Assembly: GCA_028534125.1 (NCBI GenBank)
Contig: CM052817.1
Location: 49,478,001-49,542,000, forward strand
DNA length: 64,000 bases
Direction: 5' to 3'
Source: Lama glama
Taxonomy: Eukaryota
The notes below the pieces were generated by a model. That model ran no database searches. It was not told the origin of the DNA and worked only from the letters and a program-made list of their open reading frames with translations. Below, piece after piece: positions 1 to 14,642 of the stretch. Position numbers and translations under genes: made by a program. Each line of letters begins with the position of its first letter. The stretch's first letter is position 1.

Positions 1-204
1 TGCAATGGTTCTGTAGTGAAGGTTGACTTGGATCACTCTACTGACTACTGAGCCATCAGTATTTCCTGGCACTCAGGGTCTTAGCAATAATTGGACTCAT
101 CTAGAATTTAAACTTTGTGTGGTCATAATTCAGGTAACTTTTAATTTTAAACTCACTTAACTGTACATTTTTTTGTGCTGAATGTGGCATTAAAGAGTTT
201 TATA

Positions 205-970
205 GAAAAAAAAATTATCAGGGAAATGCAACTCAAAACCATGATGAGATATCACCTCACACCCATCAGAATAATTATTACAGAAGAAAAAGACCCCGGT
301 TGGAATGCAGAGGAACTGAAACTCTTGCACACTGTTGGTGGGAATGCAAAATGGTGCAGCTTCTCTGGAAAAAAGCATGAAAGTTCCTCAAAAAATTAAA
401 AATAGAACTACCACATGACCCAGCAATCCCATTTCTGGGTATTTATTCAAAATAACTGAAACCAGGATCTCAAAAAGATAAGCACTCTCACATTCATTGC
501 AGCTCTATTCACAATAGCCAAGACATGGAAACAACCTAAACGTCCACAGTTAGATGAAGAGACAAAGAAAATGTGGTATATAGATACAACTGAATATTAT
601 TCAGCCTTAAAAGAAAAGGAACTTCTGCAATGTGTGACATGGGTAAACCTTGAGGACAATATACTGAGTGAAATAAGCCAATCACGGAAGGACAAATACT
701 CTATGATTCCAACAATATGGGGTATCTAAAATAGTAGTATTCACAGAATCAAAGAGAATGGTGATTTCCAGGGGCTGGGGAGGGCAGTGGGTAAATAGGG
801 GGTTACTAATCAATGGGCTTCAAGTTTCAGTTAAGCAAGATGAACAGTTTGTAGAGATCTGTTGTATAACACTGCACCTATAGTCAACAATACCATATTG
901 TACATTAAAAAATCTGTTGAGATAAGATCTCATATTGTGTTCTTATCATAATAAAATATAATTTTAAAAA
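205..970 (+). mobile_element. Old LINE-1 (L1M-type) 3' fragment: end of ORF2 plus 3' UTR
   Basis: IIREMQLKTMMRYHLTP is the L1 ORF2 C-terminal motif; gacccagcaatccc and aatgtggtatata are L1 hallmarks; A-rich tail. Confidence 0.9.
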
Positions 971-1341
971 ACACATAAATCTTTGTATCTCAGTACCCTT
1001 GTCTGCAAAATGGGCATAATAATACCTTTCAGTAATTACAACTGTATAACTTTCTAAGTTTTTGCTGTTATTCTTACTGCCAGGAAGTTCAAAGTCAAAT
1101 TTGCAGCTCTATCAAAGCAAGTATGTTTATTAAACAATATTTAGAGCATATTTGCATTTGTACTTTTTCTTGGATTTGATTCCTATTTTATCAATATATT
1201 GCACATTTTGGGGGAGTGTCTACTTGTAAAGAGATAAAGTATATATAGATAAATAAATTTAGTGTATATCTCAGGAAGTCTATTCAGAAGACTGAAAGTT
1301 GATCCCCCAACATGAAATTAATTAATGTTAAAAATGTTTTT

Positions 1342-1441
1342 NNNNNNNNNNNNNNNNNNNNNNNNNNNNNNNNNNNNNNNNNNNNNNNNNNNNNNNNNNN
1401 NNNNNNNNNNNNNNNNNNNNNNNNNNNNNNNNNNNNNNNNN
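1342..1441. other. Assembly gap (100 N)
   Basis: Run of exactly 100 N. Confidence 1.
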
Positions 1442-1655
1442 AGACTGGGATTTCAAAATTGTAGAATAGAGAAACAAGATTACACTGTATAGCACAGGGA
1501 AATATACACAAAATGTTATGATAAATCACAGAGAAAAAAATGTGACAATGAGTGTGTATATGTCCATGAATGACTGAAAAATTGTGCTGAACACTGGAAT
1601 TTGACACAACATTGTAAAATGATTATAAATCAATAAAAAAATGTTAAATGGTAAA
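1442..1655 (+). mobile_element. Young lineage-specific LINE-1 3' end whose body lies in the gap
   Basis: tgtatagcacagggaaatatac…tgacacaacattgtaaa…aataaaaaaa; aaaaatgttttt is present at both 1330-1341 and 1656-1667 (TSD). Confidence 0.8.
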
Positions 1656-4600
1656 AAAAATGTTTTTCAAAGACTAATTGCAAAAAACTGTTTTAAACTT
1701 AAAATATGTCCAAAAATGTTATCTTCATTCACTCACTAGTTTAACAACATTAAATAGTCTATATTGTATATCCCAATAAATTAAACAATAAAAAGATTGT
1801 TTTAGTATTGTTATTGTCTGTTAATTGTAAAAACTGTATCTCTGGTTTTTATTCTATGTATCACTAGGTATCGTAGAGCTTAGCAGAGCCTCATGTCAAT
1901 GTGCAGAAAAACTATCCATAGAATCGTGAAGATAGTTATAGCAGGTGCAGAACATCTCATAGAGGAATTTTTTTTTTACATTTTACAACATTCTTTATTT
2001 GATTTTAAAACTTGCCTTTTTATCTGTGTGCACTGGAATGTTTTATTCCCTATGTAATTTATAGGGTTATAATCTCTTATTTTAAATATTATTCCAAAAG
2101 TAATTTCAGGAAACAAAAAAAATTTTGTGAAACTTAATTGGTCTTAAAAAAATCATATGGACAAGGAACTCTCAAACAAAACTAGATTAATAAGATTTCT
2201 TATCTACTTAACTATGTGACAGATCCCCAGTCCCAGTCCCCTTTCTCAAAAAAAAAAAAAAAAAAGCTAGCGATAAAGATAAGTTAATCAGATTACTACG
2301 CATAAGCATCCATGTATTATGAGGCATAAAAGAACTTGCTTCAGGCCAGGGGATATTTAAACAATGATAACAATCAGCTATTACTAGCCACACTGGCCCT
2401 ATACTCATGAAAATACTTACGTTTACGGCCATCAGATGCCTCACTGCTATGATGTCGCCATGTATAGAAAAGACTATGGAATAGTTTATTGGCTGGTAAA
2501 AATGCCTGAGGTCAAGCAGCTATTTTACTAGTTGTGCAATGTAACATATCTACTGTGGGTTTCCAAGAGACTCAGGTCCACAAATACATTCCTTCTGACT
2601 CTGCTTCCACGTTGCACAGAAGGACACAGGGAAGACAGACTGCTGTATCTCAGACACAAAGAGGAGGATAGCTCTGAATACATTTTCTTCACAACACAGT
2701 TTAGGGCAAAGGATTGTAGGAAAACTTTTATAATTTCAGGAAAACAGCATGAAGAAAATAAATATTTGAATGAAAGATAAACTTTTGCTTTAAGATACTT
2801 TTCCCCCTCTTAGAGATCAGTTAATTTAAAATGGATTGACTGTGCTTTTCTACCCTACAACTCTACAAATAACTATCAGAGAAATACCTTAAATACATGA
2901 AATGCTCTGTTTGGTGAAAAATTTATTCTAATGTTTCATTCTTTCTTCTTTCCCTGTTATTCTTCAAATTTCTATTAAAAGGTAAGTAATATCATGAAAT
3001 TTGATGGCACAGTTAATGCTCTTTGAATGGAGGCTATTAATAGGAAGGATGTTGTTATTATTCTCTTTTGGCTGACATCCACTCATTCTCTATTTACATA
3101 TCTTTAATCTCTACATTTCTGGTTTTCTATAAATTCTAGTTTATATTTGTAGGGTTTTTAAAAAAAATTCATGAAAGCTCTCTTATTTTTTGTATCTACA
3201 TCTCTAGATATACATAAACCTGAGTATATAGCAACCATAGAACAATATAAAGGATTTATTTGAGTTTGGAGTCTAGATTTTGGTAGCAAAAAAAAGTCAT
3301 GGGGTTCTGTTAAAATGAGTCTGACAAGTCTTGGCCCAAAGTCACTCCTAAAAGGAAACGGTCTCCCTTTGAAAGCAAGAATATAATCAATATTTTCATA
3401 ATATATGAATATGAAATAGAATATAGTATGTTAAGTCAGTATTAACATTTAATTAATGACGATTTCACTTTTTAAAGGCTATATAAAAAGAACCGTTTAA
3501 TCGCATAACCTGGAAGTTTTTACTTCATTATTGTTTCTTCTTTATTTCTGGCTAAACTGTACTTTCCAGTTAGCAGACAGAAACCTGATACTACATTGAA
3601 TAAATTTAAGTAAATACACATTCTATTTTTCAGTGTTAAGTAATCTCTTGGCTAAAACAGAAAGTGTAGATGTGATGCTCTCTTTGGTCCCAGTACTGTG
3701 TGCCGCATCATAAGGGCTTCTTGAGTTACTGTTACAGAGTGATCCCAATTCTTGGTAGACTAATCCCACACTTCACTATGGATCCCAACCTGTACATCTG
3801 TTCAGAGGGGCTAATGGCTAAATGGATGTGTAGTCGTATTCAACAGTATTTATTGCCTTCCTTATGGTGATTTTTAGGTCTGGTCACACATATCCCCTTT
3901 CTCCTTCCTTCCCTCTCTCCTTCTCATGCATACTTTTGAAAGCCCATATGTGTAAAGAATAGAGTTAATGTCTTTAAGAATTCACAGTCTAGAGGAGTTG
4001 AGATATAAATTAAAAATTCTAGTACCATACAGTAAGTATTAAGCTACCATGAAGACACAGAGGAGAAACACCTAATCTAGTCTATGGGGATTAGGAGAGG
4101 CAATCTAAAGATTACACCTGACACAAACACACAGATATTTGCATATACATATGTCAATGCATATTTTTAAAAGATACATTATGAACTTTTCAGAAATAAG
4201 AAAGTAATGACTCAGTGTTGGCTGATATGCCTGTTTCCACTACAATGAAGAACACACACTGTCTCAGTTGGGGGTTAATATTTGTAAATGACTTGACTTT
4301 TGCAGAAGAATGGTGGCACATAATTTTAAGATATTAATGCTTTTCTAATCTCTACTGTATTTTCAGCAGCTGACTTGTAGTCAGTACCAAAGGAAAACTT
4401 GCATTCTGTGCATGGTAGAGTAGAAAGCATGTCAGATTAGTTAAAAAAAAAAAAAAAAGGTGTTAGTCCTAAATAGGTGAAAAAACTATGTGATTTTGAC
4501 CAACAATTAAACCTCAGTTTCTTCACTGGAAACATAAGGAGGCTGAGCAAGATGATTTTTAAATTTCTTTCTATATTTAAACATCTGGTTTCTATTTTAA

Positions 4601-4689
4601 AAAATCTGGTTTACATTAACACTTTAAAATTATTATAACCTTTAACAGTGCTTAGCGTTTAAGTCCCCACTTCTAGAAAGTGCTTATAT

Positions 4690-4905
4690 TATTCGTGTTC
4701 TCCCACTCCCCATAAAATTTGACTTTGTCTTGCCAGTTACACAGCCCCCATCACACTAGCCGAGACCTGTCAGACTGGTTCTAGTTAGGTCATCAGTGGT
4801 TTCTTTCTTCACCTCAATCCAGACTACAACGTTGCTGACAGAGCTTGGATATACACACTTGACTGCAGACTTTGGTCTCCACAGGACTGTTCCTTGCGGG
4901 CAGCA
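4690..4905 (+). promoter_or_regulatory. TMPRSS11E: Proximal promoter and 5' UTR (exon 1) of the TMPRSS11E-type gene; TSS not determined
   Basis: 4856-4907 (cacttgactgcagactttggtctccacaggactgttccttgcgggcagcaAT) resembles the human TMPRSS11E 5' UTR as I recall it (…cacaggactcttcattgctggttggcaATG). It is followed by a consensus donor GTAAGT at 4908-4913. Confidence 0.7.
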
Positions 4906-4907
4906 AT
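4906..4907 (+). CDS. TMPRSS11E: TMPRSS11E-type coding exon 1: only 'AT' of the start codon, completed by the first G of exon 2
   Basis: gcaAT|GTAAGT is a phase-2 donor, and exon 2 starts with a single G before an open frame. Splicing gives ATG CTG TCA GTG. Confidence 0.75.
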
Positions 4908-7900
4908 GTAAGTTCCCTTTTCTTTTCCTTCTCCTTGTCTTAAATTAGCTCGTTTAAAATGGCATAAACCATACCAACAAATATGTAGATCTCCAATTTA
5001 TTGTTTATTTAGTATAGAAAAATATTTGATATTTAACCTGTAATTATGTCAAGAAATAGATTTCTCTTCTTTCTGTGTTAGTGTTCTCTGTCCTCATGTG
5101 TCCCACCCCAAAATGTTTTCTATGTGCTTTCAGAAGAGTTCAACAACAGATAAAGGCACATTGTGTTTGACAACTGTCTTTTGTTTTGTTTCAAGAAGAA
5201 TAGAATGTGTTTTTAGCTTGGGTTTTATTTGTCCCAAGTTATAGTATATTATATATTATATTATATTGAGAAATACTTTTATTTTTAAAGTTATATATGA
5301 GAAAAATATAAATCTGAAACCATGAAGATCAAAATTACTCTTATTTCTGTTAGTAAATATAAATTTTAAAAAATTGTCTGTTTTAAAAGAATAAGAAACA
5401 ATTCAAAAAGACAATATAATTAAAGTATTATAGTTGAATATTTAAAATAAATCCAATGATGTACCTAGTCACAAAATCAACTTCTCTAACAGGTAAGTCA
5501 TATGTTTATTGCAGGAATAAATGTACTGACAAGAATGCTTTGAACTGAAATATTAGGAACTTTCTTTTTAAGGCCATTGGCTCAAAACTTGAAAGGTGCA
5601 TCAGAAATAAGTGGAGAGTTTTCATCAAACAGCATGCTCCTTCTTCTTTAGCCAAATTTCTGATAGCCCCCATCCCACTTCTCCTGTTCTAAGTAAAAAT
5701 CACTATTTCAGAATGTAAATGTAAGAGGTAATTTGAGTCAGGTAAACATTATTCTTCAGATGCTGTCATTTTCCCCAAACTCTTTTTTGATTCTATTGTT
5801 TGAACATGAAGAAATCAACACATTAATCTGATAAAAACCCATGCAGCAGAAGGTTAAAGAAAAATTTATCAAGAATCAGTTTATAAGGAAGAGATTTGAG
5901 AAGAGAATATATTTATCAAATAGATTTATTGTTGATGGGATGTCTGCTAACTACATTGACCAGCAACCACTGACAAGAATTAAAATTAAGCAGGTCAAAT
6001 TTGTAGACATTATTATCTACACATGTTTACATGGATGAAAGTAAGATGAGTAATATTCAAGTAAAACAAAATGGACAACTTCAATTTTTACTAGGAAGGA
6101 CAAGCATTATTGCACAATGTGCAATCCATGGACCCCTCCCCTAGATTTATTGAGTACTTATAAAAATAGAGAAGTCCGGTTCTCATCTAAGAAATTCTTA
6201 TGAATCTCTGGTTGAGGCATGGGAATCGCAACTTTAAAAGTTACACAAAGAAATTCTTACTTAACCTAAAGTTTGAGAAGAACTGATATAGTATAAAGCC
6301 ATAAAAAAAGTAAAGGAACTTGTAAGACAGAAAGAAAGAAAAGCAGAAATGAAATAGGTCAGCTTTTAAAGAGGTAGCTCTTTGTTTTAACTAAATTGGT
6401 ATAATTATATCTTAATGGTGCTCTCTCCCAGATCACCTTTCCCTCCAAGGGAGAAGAGTAGTCATTTATGCAACATAGTGATGATTAAGGAAGAGAGGAC
6501 AATTTCAGAAGGGATGGGAAACTGAAGGGAGGATACAGACATGATTTGGGTAGTTTGTGTTAGATAGGGAGGGTGGTCTTATTTGGATTAAAAATCTGTT
6601 TGTTTATAGAGAAAATCTCAATGTTAAGATTAATCTAGCAACACCTTCCTTTCTGCCCTGAGGTTAGTCATTAGATAGTGATAGTGAAGAGTCACTCTAC
6701 TGACACTTAGGTGCAGAGTTGCTGTATGATGCTGCTCCATCTGTTTAACATTGCCCCTCACTTCTCCTTCAGCTAAGATCAGTCCTGGTCCATGTAACAA
6801 CTTTTAGTGAGTTCCCATTGTGTACTAAGTTCTGTGTGGAAGAAAACGATTTGTTGAGCACCTATTATGTATTAAACATTTTGTAAAATACTGTCTCATA
6901 TTTTAATTTTGGCAGTACTTTGAGATGCTGTTATTGTGATCACTCCTTTAAAACATGAAATAACTGCAGCTCAAATTGTCTAGACTTAATAAGTGTTGGA
7001 TCTAGAATCTGACCTTGGCCTTTCTGGCTCTAAAGTCTATGCTCTTTCTACTGTAATACGCTATGTATCATGTTTGTGAGGCTAAAAAGAGACTCTTTGG
7101 AAAGACTGCACTTTAACAGAGAAAAGGAAAACATGCACACTGCATATACATACAAGGAGAAAATGTGCATGTCTGTGTAGGCATGCATGTCTACACGACG
7201 TACAGGCAAAGAAACAGATCAGTACAGGTTAATATCAAAGAATGCAAGTAGATGTGAAAGGAGGAAGGGTGGTGATAGAGTTTTACTTTCATTACTGGTC
7301 TATAGAAACATTTGAAGAATTCACAGGCTGCCCTTATTTAATTTTCTTAAAACTGACTCTGTTCTTAAACAAGGTAAGAATATGACTTAACTTTTCTGCA
7401 CTGTCTCAAAGGTGATCAGTAACTGAGAGCATAGCACTTCAATTACATTGTCACCATTTTTCTAAACGAGATTACACCATTTGCTACTGTGTGAAAATCA
7501 AGTTCACCTTAGTGCAGCATTTCCTGGAAGGAATTCATCAGTCTGTAGAGACTATCACTGTCTGGTGGACCTTTGCTATCCTTCATCCTTGTCTGCTTTC
7601 CTCGAAAAATGTCACTGCCTCAATACCACAAGGGAATAAATAGAAACATTCAAGGAAAACAATCAACATCATGTGCTTCCTTGTCAGCACTGAGATTTGA
7701 GTCTGCCTGATGCTTTTTTGCTTGAGGGCGGATGTTTTCGTGCTTCATGGCTTTGTCAGTATTAGGATTTAGAAGTACCCCACTAAGAACATCTCAAAGC
7801 ATACCGCTTTGGACACAGTCTCATTGAAAATGGTGGATGAGAATTATGAAGGACAGACTCATTGTTTCAAGCATAAATTAGTAGGTTTGAAATGAGTGGA

Positions 7901-8198
7901 TTAGAGACTAGGAAAGTTTTAAGAAGTTGAGAAAGACAAAAATGGGCTACAGAGATAGCAGATCATGCCAGAACCTGCAAGCCCAATCTCCCGCATATGC
8001 ACATGGCCTGCGTGGTCGAGCAATTTCTGAGATTTTTAGAAGAGTAGTTCTGAGATGATAGAACAAAGCCTAGGGTAGTCCAAAGTATCACACAGTCATC
8101 ATTAAATTCTATCTTGCTACCTTTCCTCTGAAAATATCTGATGATACCTCTTTTTGAAGCCGTAAAAGGAGATACAGAAGGATTTAGCACTCTATTTA

Positions 8199-8433
8199 TA
8201 GTATTTCTTAAATTGAAGCATAGTCAATTTACAATGTTGTGTTAGTCTCTGGTGTACAGCACAGTGATTCAGTTGTACATACATAACATATATAAATATT
8301 CCTTTTTATATTCTTTTTCATTATAGGTTATTACAAAGCATTGAATATAGTTCCCTGTGCTATACAGTTTATCTATTTTACATATAGTAGTTAGTATCTG
8401 CAAATCCCCAACTCCCAATTTATCCCTCCCCAA
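8199..8433 (-). mobile_element. 5'-truncated LINE-1 3' UTR stub with 13-bp TSD
   Basis: TSD agcactctattta at 8186-8198 and 8434-8446; gttccctgtgctataca is the reverse complement of the L1 tail motif near 1490. Confidence 0.85.
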
Positions 8434-8499
8434 AGCACTCTATTTAAAGTCAAGCTATGAGCCAGTGAAGAGCAATATAATTGCTATCATTTGTTTCAC

Positions 8500-8710
8500 A
8501 TGTACTGTGTGTCAACTACTGTTCTAAAATATCACGCACATTTACATTTTATAACAAATTATGGTTATATTATTATATCCATTTTACAGATGAGGAAACT
8601 GAGGCTCAGACAAGTAACCATGTTGCCCAGACATGATAAATGGTACAACTGAGAATTAACCCAGGTCCACCTGACTCTAAATCTATACTCTTAACCTCAG
8701 TGCTATACTA
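8500..8710. mobile_element. MIR SINE fragment (further MIR relics near 9300-9470, 10240-10440, 18160-18330, 37310-37860, 40880-41060, 54050-54260, 62000-62190)
   Basis: Core motif attttacagatgaggaaactgaggctcaga at about 8581-8610; boundaries approximate. Confidence 0.8.
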
Positions 8711-9218
8711 TCCCCACAATACCTCCTTTACCTACCAAGGCAGTGCTACTACTGTGCTGATTTAACTGTCTTATTGTGTTAAAATAAAAGTTACATTTAC
8801 AAGGAACAATGTTATTATTCACTGAATAGTCATCTAAATAGACCTTGAGGTTGAGAGACAGGAAGCATCTCTGTCTGTGTTCTATAAATTAAGGGACACA
8901 GCAGTCAAAGATTAGGTAATTTGCATGTGGTCACAGGAATGGGTGAGTCACTCAATACTAGAGATTGAATCCGTCCTGCCAGTTCATCTGTGTACTGAGT
9001 CCAACGTTGTTAAATAGAAGAGGTAAATTAACACAGGTGTCAACCAGACACAGGAAATATTATTATTACTGTTGCTACTATTACCATTTGAATTTGTATA
9101 GAAATATATGGACATTTAAAAATTAGTTACTGCACATTAAAAGCTCGTTGGGTCACATTTACAAAAATTCAGAAAGGGTATATATAATAGGAATACATGT
9201 ATATTATATATACACTAT

Positions 9219-9239
9219 ACACACACACACACACACACA
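9219..9239. repeat. (AC)n microsatellite
   Basis: Direct observation, about 10 units. Confidence 0.9.
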
Positions 9240-9748
9240 TAATATGTATATATTCTTTACATGTAATTCCAACATATATTTCTTATTTGGTACCTATTAA
9301 CAACACTGAGAGGCAGGCAATTTTAATATTACCATGATTTTACAGATAGGGAAATCAAAGATTAGGAAGATCGAAGCCTCCAAATGCCTGAGTAAGTGAT
9401 TGGCAGACCTGGAGTTTGAACATACATTTTTAACTCCAGTCCTGCACTTTCTAGCAGTGCTGCCTGCTGCCTCCACCACATCATGACCCTCGGAATCACA
9501 AGGGCTCCCTTGGTTAAGCAGAGATAACTTTCCTTGCTTTTCAAACAGTTAGCTTAATCTTAATCTCTTAATTTTCCTAATACAGAAAATAGCAAAGATA
9601 ATAAATAATACATCTAAAAGATTTCAAACCAACTTTTCAAAACTTACAACATATACAAGTCATAATAAAGCACCTGGACATATAATACTGGATTCAGCAG
9701 TGAAGCTAAAGCTGGGCTTCATAAGTAGTGTTCTAAAATCCTTGCCCT

Positions 9749-9915
9749 AGGTGGTAGTGTATAGCTCAGTGGTAGAGTGTGTGCTTTGCATGCATGAGGT
9801 CCTGGGTGCAATCCCCAGTACCTCCACTAAAATTAACAAACAAATAAATAAGCCTAATTACCTCTCCCCTAAGAAGTGAAAAAAAATTTTTTTTAAGATT
9901 TAAAAAATTAGTAAA
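9749..9915 (+). mobile_element. tRNA-derived SINE (camelid Vic-1-like) with 15-bp TSD
   Basis: A box tagctcagtggtag, B-box-like ggtgcaatccc, A-rich tail; TSD taaaatccttgccct at 9734-9748 and 9916-9930. Confidence 0.88.
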
Positions 9916-12900
9916 TAAAATCCTTGCCCTGAACTATATACTTCATGGTGACCACAGGCTTGACTTATAGATTTTTAGAGCTAGACAGGTCCAAAGATGA
10001 GTAGTTTTCCACATTTTCTTTACCACTTGAATCCCTTTCACACATAAGGCCTAGTACAAGCCCCTGTTGCGTGGAGCAGTGTTGTGATGGGTGGAGTGGG
10101 TCTAAGGCTTGGGAGCCTCACCTGCTCCATCTTTTCCTTATCCTCTCAGGCACATGAGGCAATCTGAAGGATTTTTCAACCTGCTTTGAAAACAAATTAA
10201 TGCCCATTATGAAGGAGGAATAAGGACAAAGCCAACATTTGATGAGCATGTACTGTGTACTTGGCATGATGTCAATTGCAGTAAGTGTTATTTCACTGAA
10301 CACTTAAAAGAATCCTATAGTTGGGTCTTATCATTATCCTAATTTATAGGTGGGGAAATGTAGACTGAGAGAAGGTAACTTGCTCAGAGCTACCTAGCTA
10401 ATGAGAAGCAGAGCCAGGACTAAACCCAAGTTGTTTTGATACCAAACAGGTAGATACATGGATGTGAAGTTTAGATAAGTGATCTGGGCTGCTGTTAAAG
10501 ATTTGGTAGCCATCAGCATATAGATATGTATTAAAGCCATGGGCACTAGTGACTGAAAATATTTAGGTCTTTCAGATAATGCTTTTCTTGTAATTTTATG
10601 GTATTAATTTACATAGCAAATTATACCTTATCCTAATATGAATCTGAGCATATTTCACTATGTTCCTATTAAAATGCCAATATATTTGAGTATAATTAAG
10701 GTGAATATTTCACACATTTGTGTTCCATCCAAAAGTTAAGACTCAATATTTCCATTATATTTTGGGTCAGCAATTGAGGCAGCAAGTTTATTAAGCAAGA
10801 AATTTCACTTTTGGAAGAATAATATAAACATTAACAGAATCCACACATTTTCCAGTTGTTCCTCATAGCTAAATAAATTCAGATAGGGTTTTATTATATA
10901 CAGAAATTTCTAGGTCCTTGTATGGCTTACAGTGCTTGCCAAGAAAACAGCAGCCAGAAGGTCACCACATGGTCTCAGCACATGTTCCAACTGGCACATT
11001 CCAATTTTAAGAGCCATCAGTGACTTCACAAAATACAATTTTATGGGTGTAGGGATTTTAAAACTGGCTTAGGATGCAAGTAATCAAGAAACTTTATGAC
11101 TTCCTCATATGAAAGTTATATTATTGCAAATGACTTGCAGTTCCTTAATTCGACTATTCCAAATGGTCTGACATCTAGCCATCAGGAAAATGATGCACTT
11201 GAAAAATTATGTTAAAGTTGATTATTTTTAAAAAGCCTGAATTTTAACCATGATAATGTTAAGCATTTTTAGGTTATCTGAGACATGGAACACATGCGTT
11301 GGTGGAAATTAAAGAGCAATTAGATCAATTAAAACCCTCATTGTTTTGTAACAAATGAAGAAAATGAAAGCACATGCAGCATCATGTAAGTTGAGAGTTA
11401 GGGGATGCTGGAACTTACGTGATGCTGAATATGCTCTCAGAGTTCTCATCTGAGAAACTTAGACTTAAATGGAAGGACATAGTCCTTACATGAAAATCCT
11501 AAGAGTAAGACACAGGCCACTGCTCTTCCAGTTCAGTTATTTCCTCTCAATAATACCAACTCTCATAAGAGGCATCTAGACAAACTCAAGAGAAAGGTTG
11601 GATAGGAAGGCATCTAATGTTACAAGAAGTTTCTGAAAGTCAGTGCTATATATCAGCATCCTCAAGAGTGTCTCTGGTCAGGTTTCTCAACCATTATTCT
11701 TCTGGTATACTTCCCATGACACACTCACACTTCCCTATTAATTGTTATTTTTCTTCCACGCTTTAAAGTGCATACAATTCCCTATGACTAGCTGCAGTGG
11801 CCACTCTTGTCAAACTTTCTGTGGGAAACTGTTGCTTTTAAAATTGCTTACTTAAGTCATGCTGACTTATTTCTTGAACTGGAAAGAATTTGAAGAAAAT
11901 AAAGCAAACATGTTAGTGTAATTAAGGGTTAAAACAGCTCAGTTTATAAGTCTATAAACCCACACCTAATTTACTTAATAATACCTTTAATTTTTTTGCA
12001 CCCCATCTATGTGTGATTGTAAATTTCTAGAGGTCAGGCAAAGTGCCAACCTGAATCTCAGTCTGTAGTTTCCTGTGATGCACCATATCTGGCGGGGAAC
12101 TTAATAAAGACCTTGATAAGAACATAGCAGAGATCAGAGACACTCCTTACCGCTGAGTTGTCACTGACACATATAATACATGTATCCAACACCGATGATG
12201 CACAACTTCCTTTTAAAGTAGGTAGGAGGAAAGATAGTATCACTTTAGTTTTGTGGGTGGTTAAATATAGTAATCATTAAGCTATGGGTTTTGCCTAAAT
12301 TAACAGTTCATGGTAGGGTTTTCTGTCATTCCCAATATTTATTAAAAACTTACCTAAGTAATACTGTATTTTTTGTCTATGATTTCGATAATCCTTAGGT
12401 ACTTTATAATGTTGAAAATGCCACATGGAGCCATTTCAGTAATTAGGGAAGCATTGTCAGATATTTTAAAAAATTATCTTAGAGCTTGGTATGAATAATT
12501 CCACACTGCTTCTCCCACATACTGCTTTTACTGATTAGTAATTGATGTCATTTGCCAGTATTGAGGGACAAACAGAGTATTATGAAACTAATTTTTGTTT
12601 CTATGCTAAGAATACTGTGGAGAATATAGTTCATTATATTACATAGTGTTCTTTTTATTAGAATACAAAAGAATTGTATTGCTGCTGAACAACTGCTCAG
12701 TTTTTATCTTATGCATGCCATGGAGAATGTACCGGAGGAGGGTTTGTTTGCTTGCTTTATTTTATTTAATTTTGTTTTTGAGTTGGCTGCTAAAAAGCTA
12801 CAAATTTTATGTCCTGACTTAAGGAAATATGTAGATGCGAATTAGGATATGTAGTTTTAGTACTATTGCCACTTTATGTTTTCACTTAATGTTTTGCTTT

Positions 12901-14642
12901 CTCCTTGCATCCCTATATTTAATACCATACATAAATATAATTTAATAATATATAATTTGATAATATAAATATAAATATCCTTATAAGCTACCTTAAACCA
13001 GTCTAGAACAAGATGGAATCTAAATGAAAACATTTATAATAAAAATAATAAGTTTCCCACCATTTGTCTTGGTACTATAAAATAAAATGGAAACAGTTGT
13101 CTCCTAATTAGACTACTACCTTGATATAACTGTAACTTCTCTAATAGAAGTATCCACAGTTACCACTGTAAGGAACGCACAGGTCATTCAGTTCAAGGGC
13201 CTGGCTGATGCTGTTAGACACTTTGTAGATGTGTTTGTGTGGGACTGGACAAGACAGAAGTACGTGGTTCATAATTTTACATGAGTAATTTGTATTTCTT
13301 TTAAAAAAGGCACTGAAAACATGATCCATGCACACATATTCAAAACTTCTGTTCCACCTTGAATATTTTTATAGTCTTATTCTAGAAAGTGTAAGAAAGA
13401 GTAGAGATCTCACCAGTGCCAGCTTGTGAGTCTTCCACAAAGGAAAGCATCTGGAGTATTTGCGTGGCTAGGACAAGCAGGCACAGTCTATGAGCTAAAG
13501 AAATAAGCTAGTGCCGAACACATAATAAAAACTGAATAAATATTTATTAATTGATATTTTAAAATGTAAGCATTGACTTAGCAATGTCATAAGGTCCTAT
13601 GCTGTTATTTCATTGTGGTATCTTTCTTTATGCTTCTGTTTGGATATTGTAGTTATATACAGATATTCAATGACCCCAAAAATGTCTCCTGAAATTAATG
13701 ACCCTTTATTTTCATTTGTCACTTTCTGTACTATGATATCACTTCACAGCAGATAGATCAAATCAGTTGGAAAATCATGTATTTTAAACATGGGGGAAAT
13801 AGAAATATTAACTACAAAGCTTGATCATTATATAAAGTGTTTTATGGAAATAAGGCTTTACTTAAATGGTGATTATTCTTCCCAATGTCTGACCTATCTT
13901 TTCTTATGGGTAATATCCCAGGTTCTTTTCTAAGGCTAAGGCAGAACAGAAGTGCTTTGAGAGAGACTGAAACCCATACTGTGGTACTGACAAATGGTCC
14001 ATTTAGTTTGGTTTAGTTAACTTCAGTTCCCTCTGGAAACAAATCTTGAGTGTACAGTCAGAGAATACAGAGATATAGTAAGTCTCAGACACCATCCCTA
14101 AGGAGCTCAAAATGCATATTCTAATGAGATACTCGGGGTGAACAAAACTTCCTGAGGCAGAGGGGACTTTTTGAACTGGCTCTTAAATATACTCTGATTT
14201 TTACAATGCAAGCAAAGAACAGACTAAGTTACTCCACATCGGAGGCAGCAGGAGCAAAGTCAAAGGGCTGGAAAGCTCGTGGGGAAGAGCGATTGCCAGG
14301 CAAACTGAGGCCAACTTGGGTTTCAAGTCTTTTCAGTCATTGGCTCTCTCACCTCCAGAAAGACCACTTACTGTACTGGAGAATAATTCAGAGATTGGGG
14401 AGTCAGGAGAGAAACCTGTTATCAAGCTGCAGGACAAGTTTCGGTCATGATTTCTAGAACAAGGTTGGTGGCAATGGGATTGGAGATGGACTACATTAGA
14501 TTTGCCCTGTGAGTGAGATTAGAAAAAGAAAAGATTATTATAACTTCCCAACACAATTAGCACTGGCTTGTAGGTAGGCATTTGTTCTGGTAAACTTTTC
14601 TTTGAAGAGCGTTGAGCCTTGACTTGTAGGCTACTGCTCACA

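Noticed and set aside
9755..9826. tRNA-like sequence (also on the minus strand at 32545-32615)
   Set aside because: A-rich tails and TSDs show these are SINEs, not tRNA genes.
12727..12740. ATG TAC CG, resembling a TMPRSS11 first coding exon (MYR)
   Set aside because: It is followed by gaggag rather than a GT donor, and the upstream sequence does not resemble the DESC1 5' UTR.
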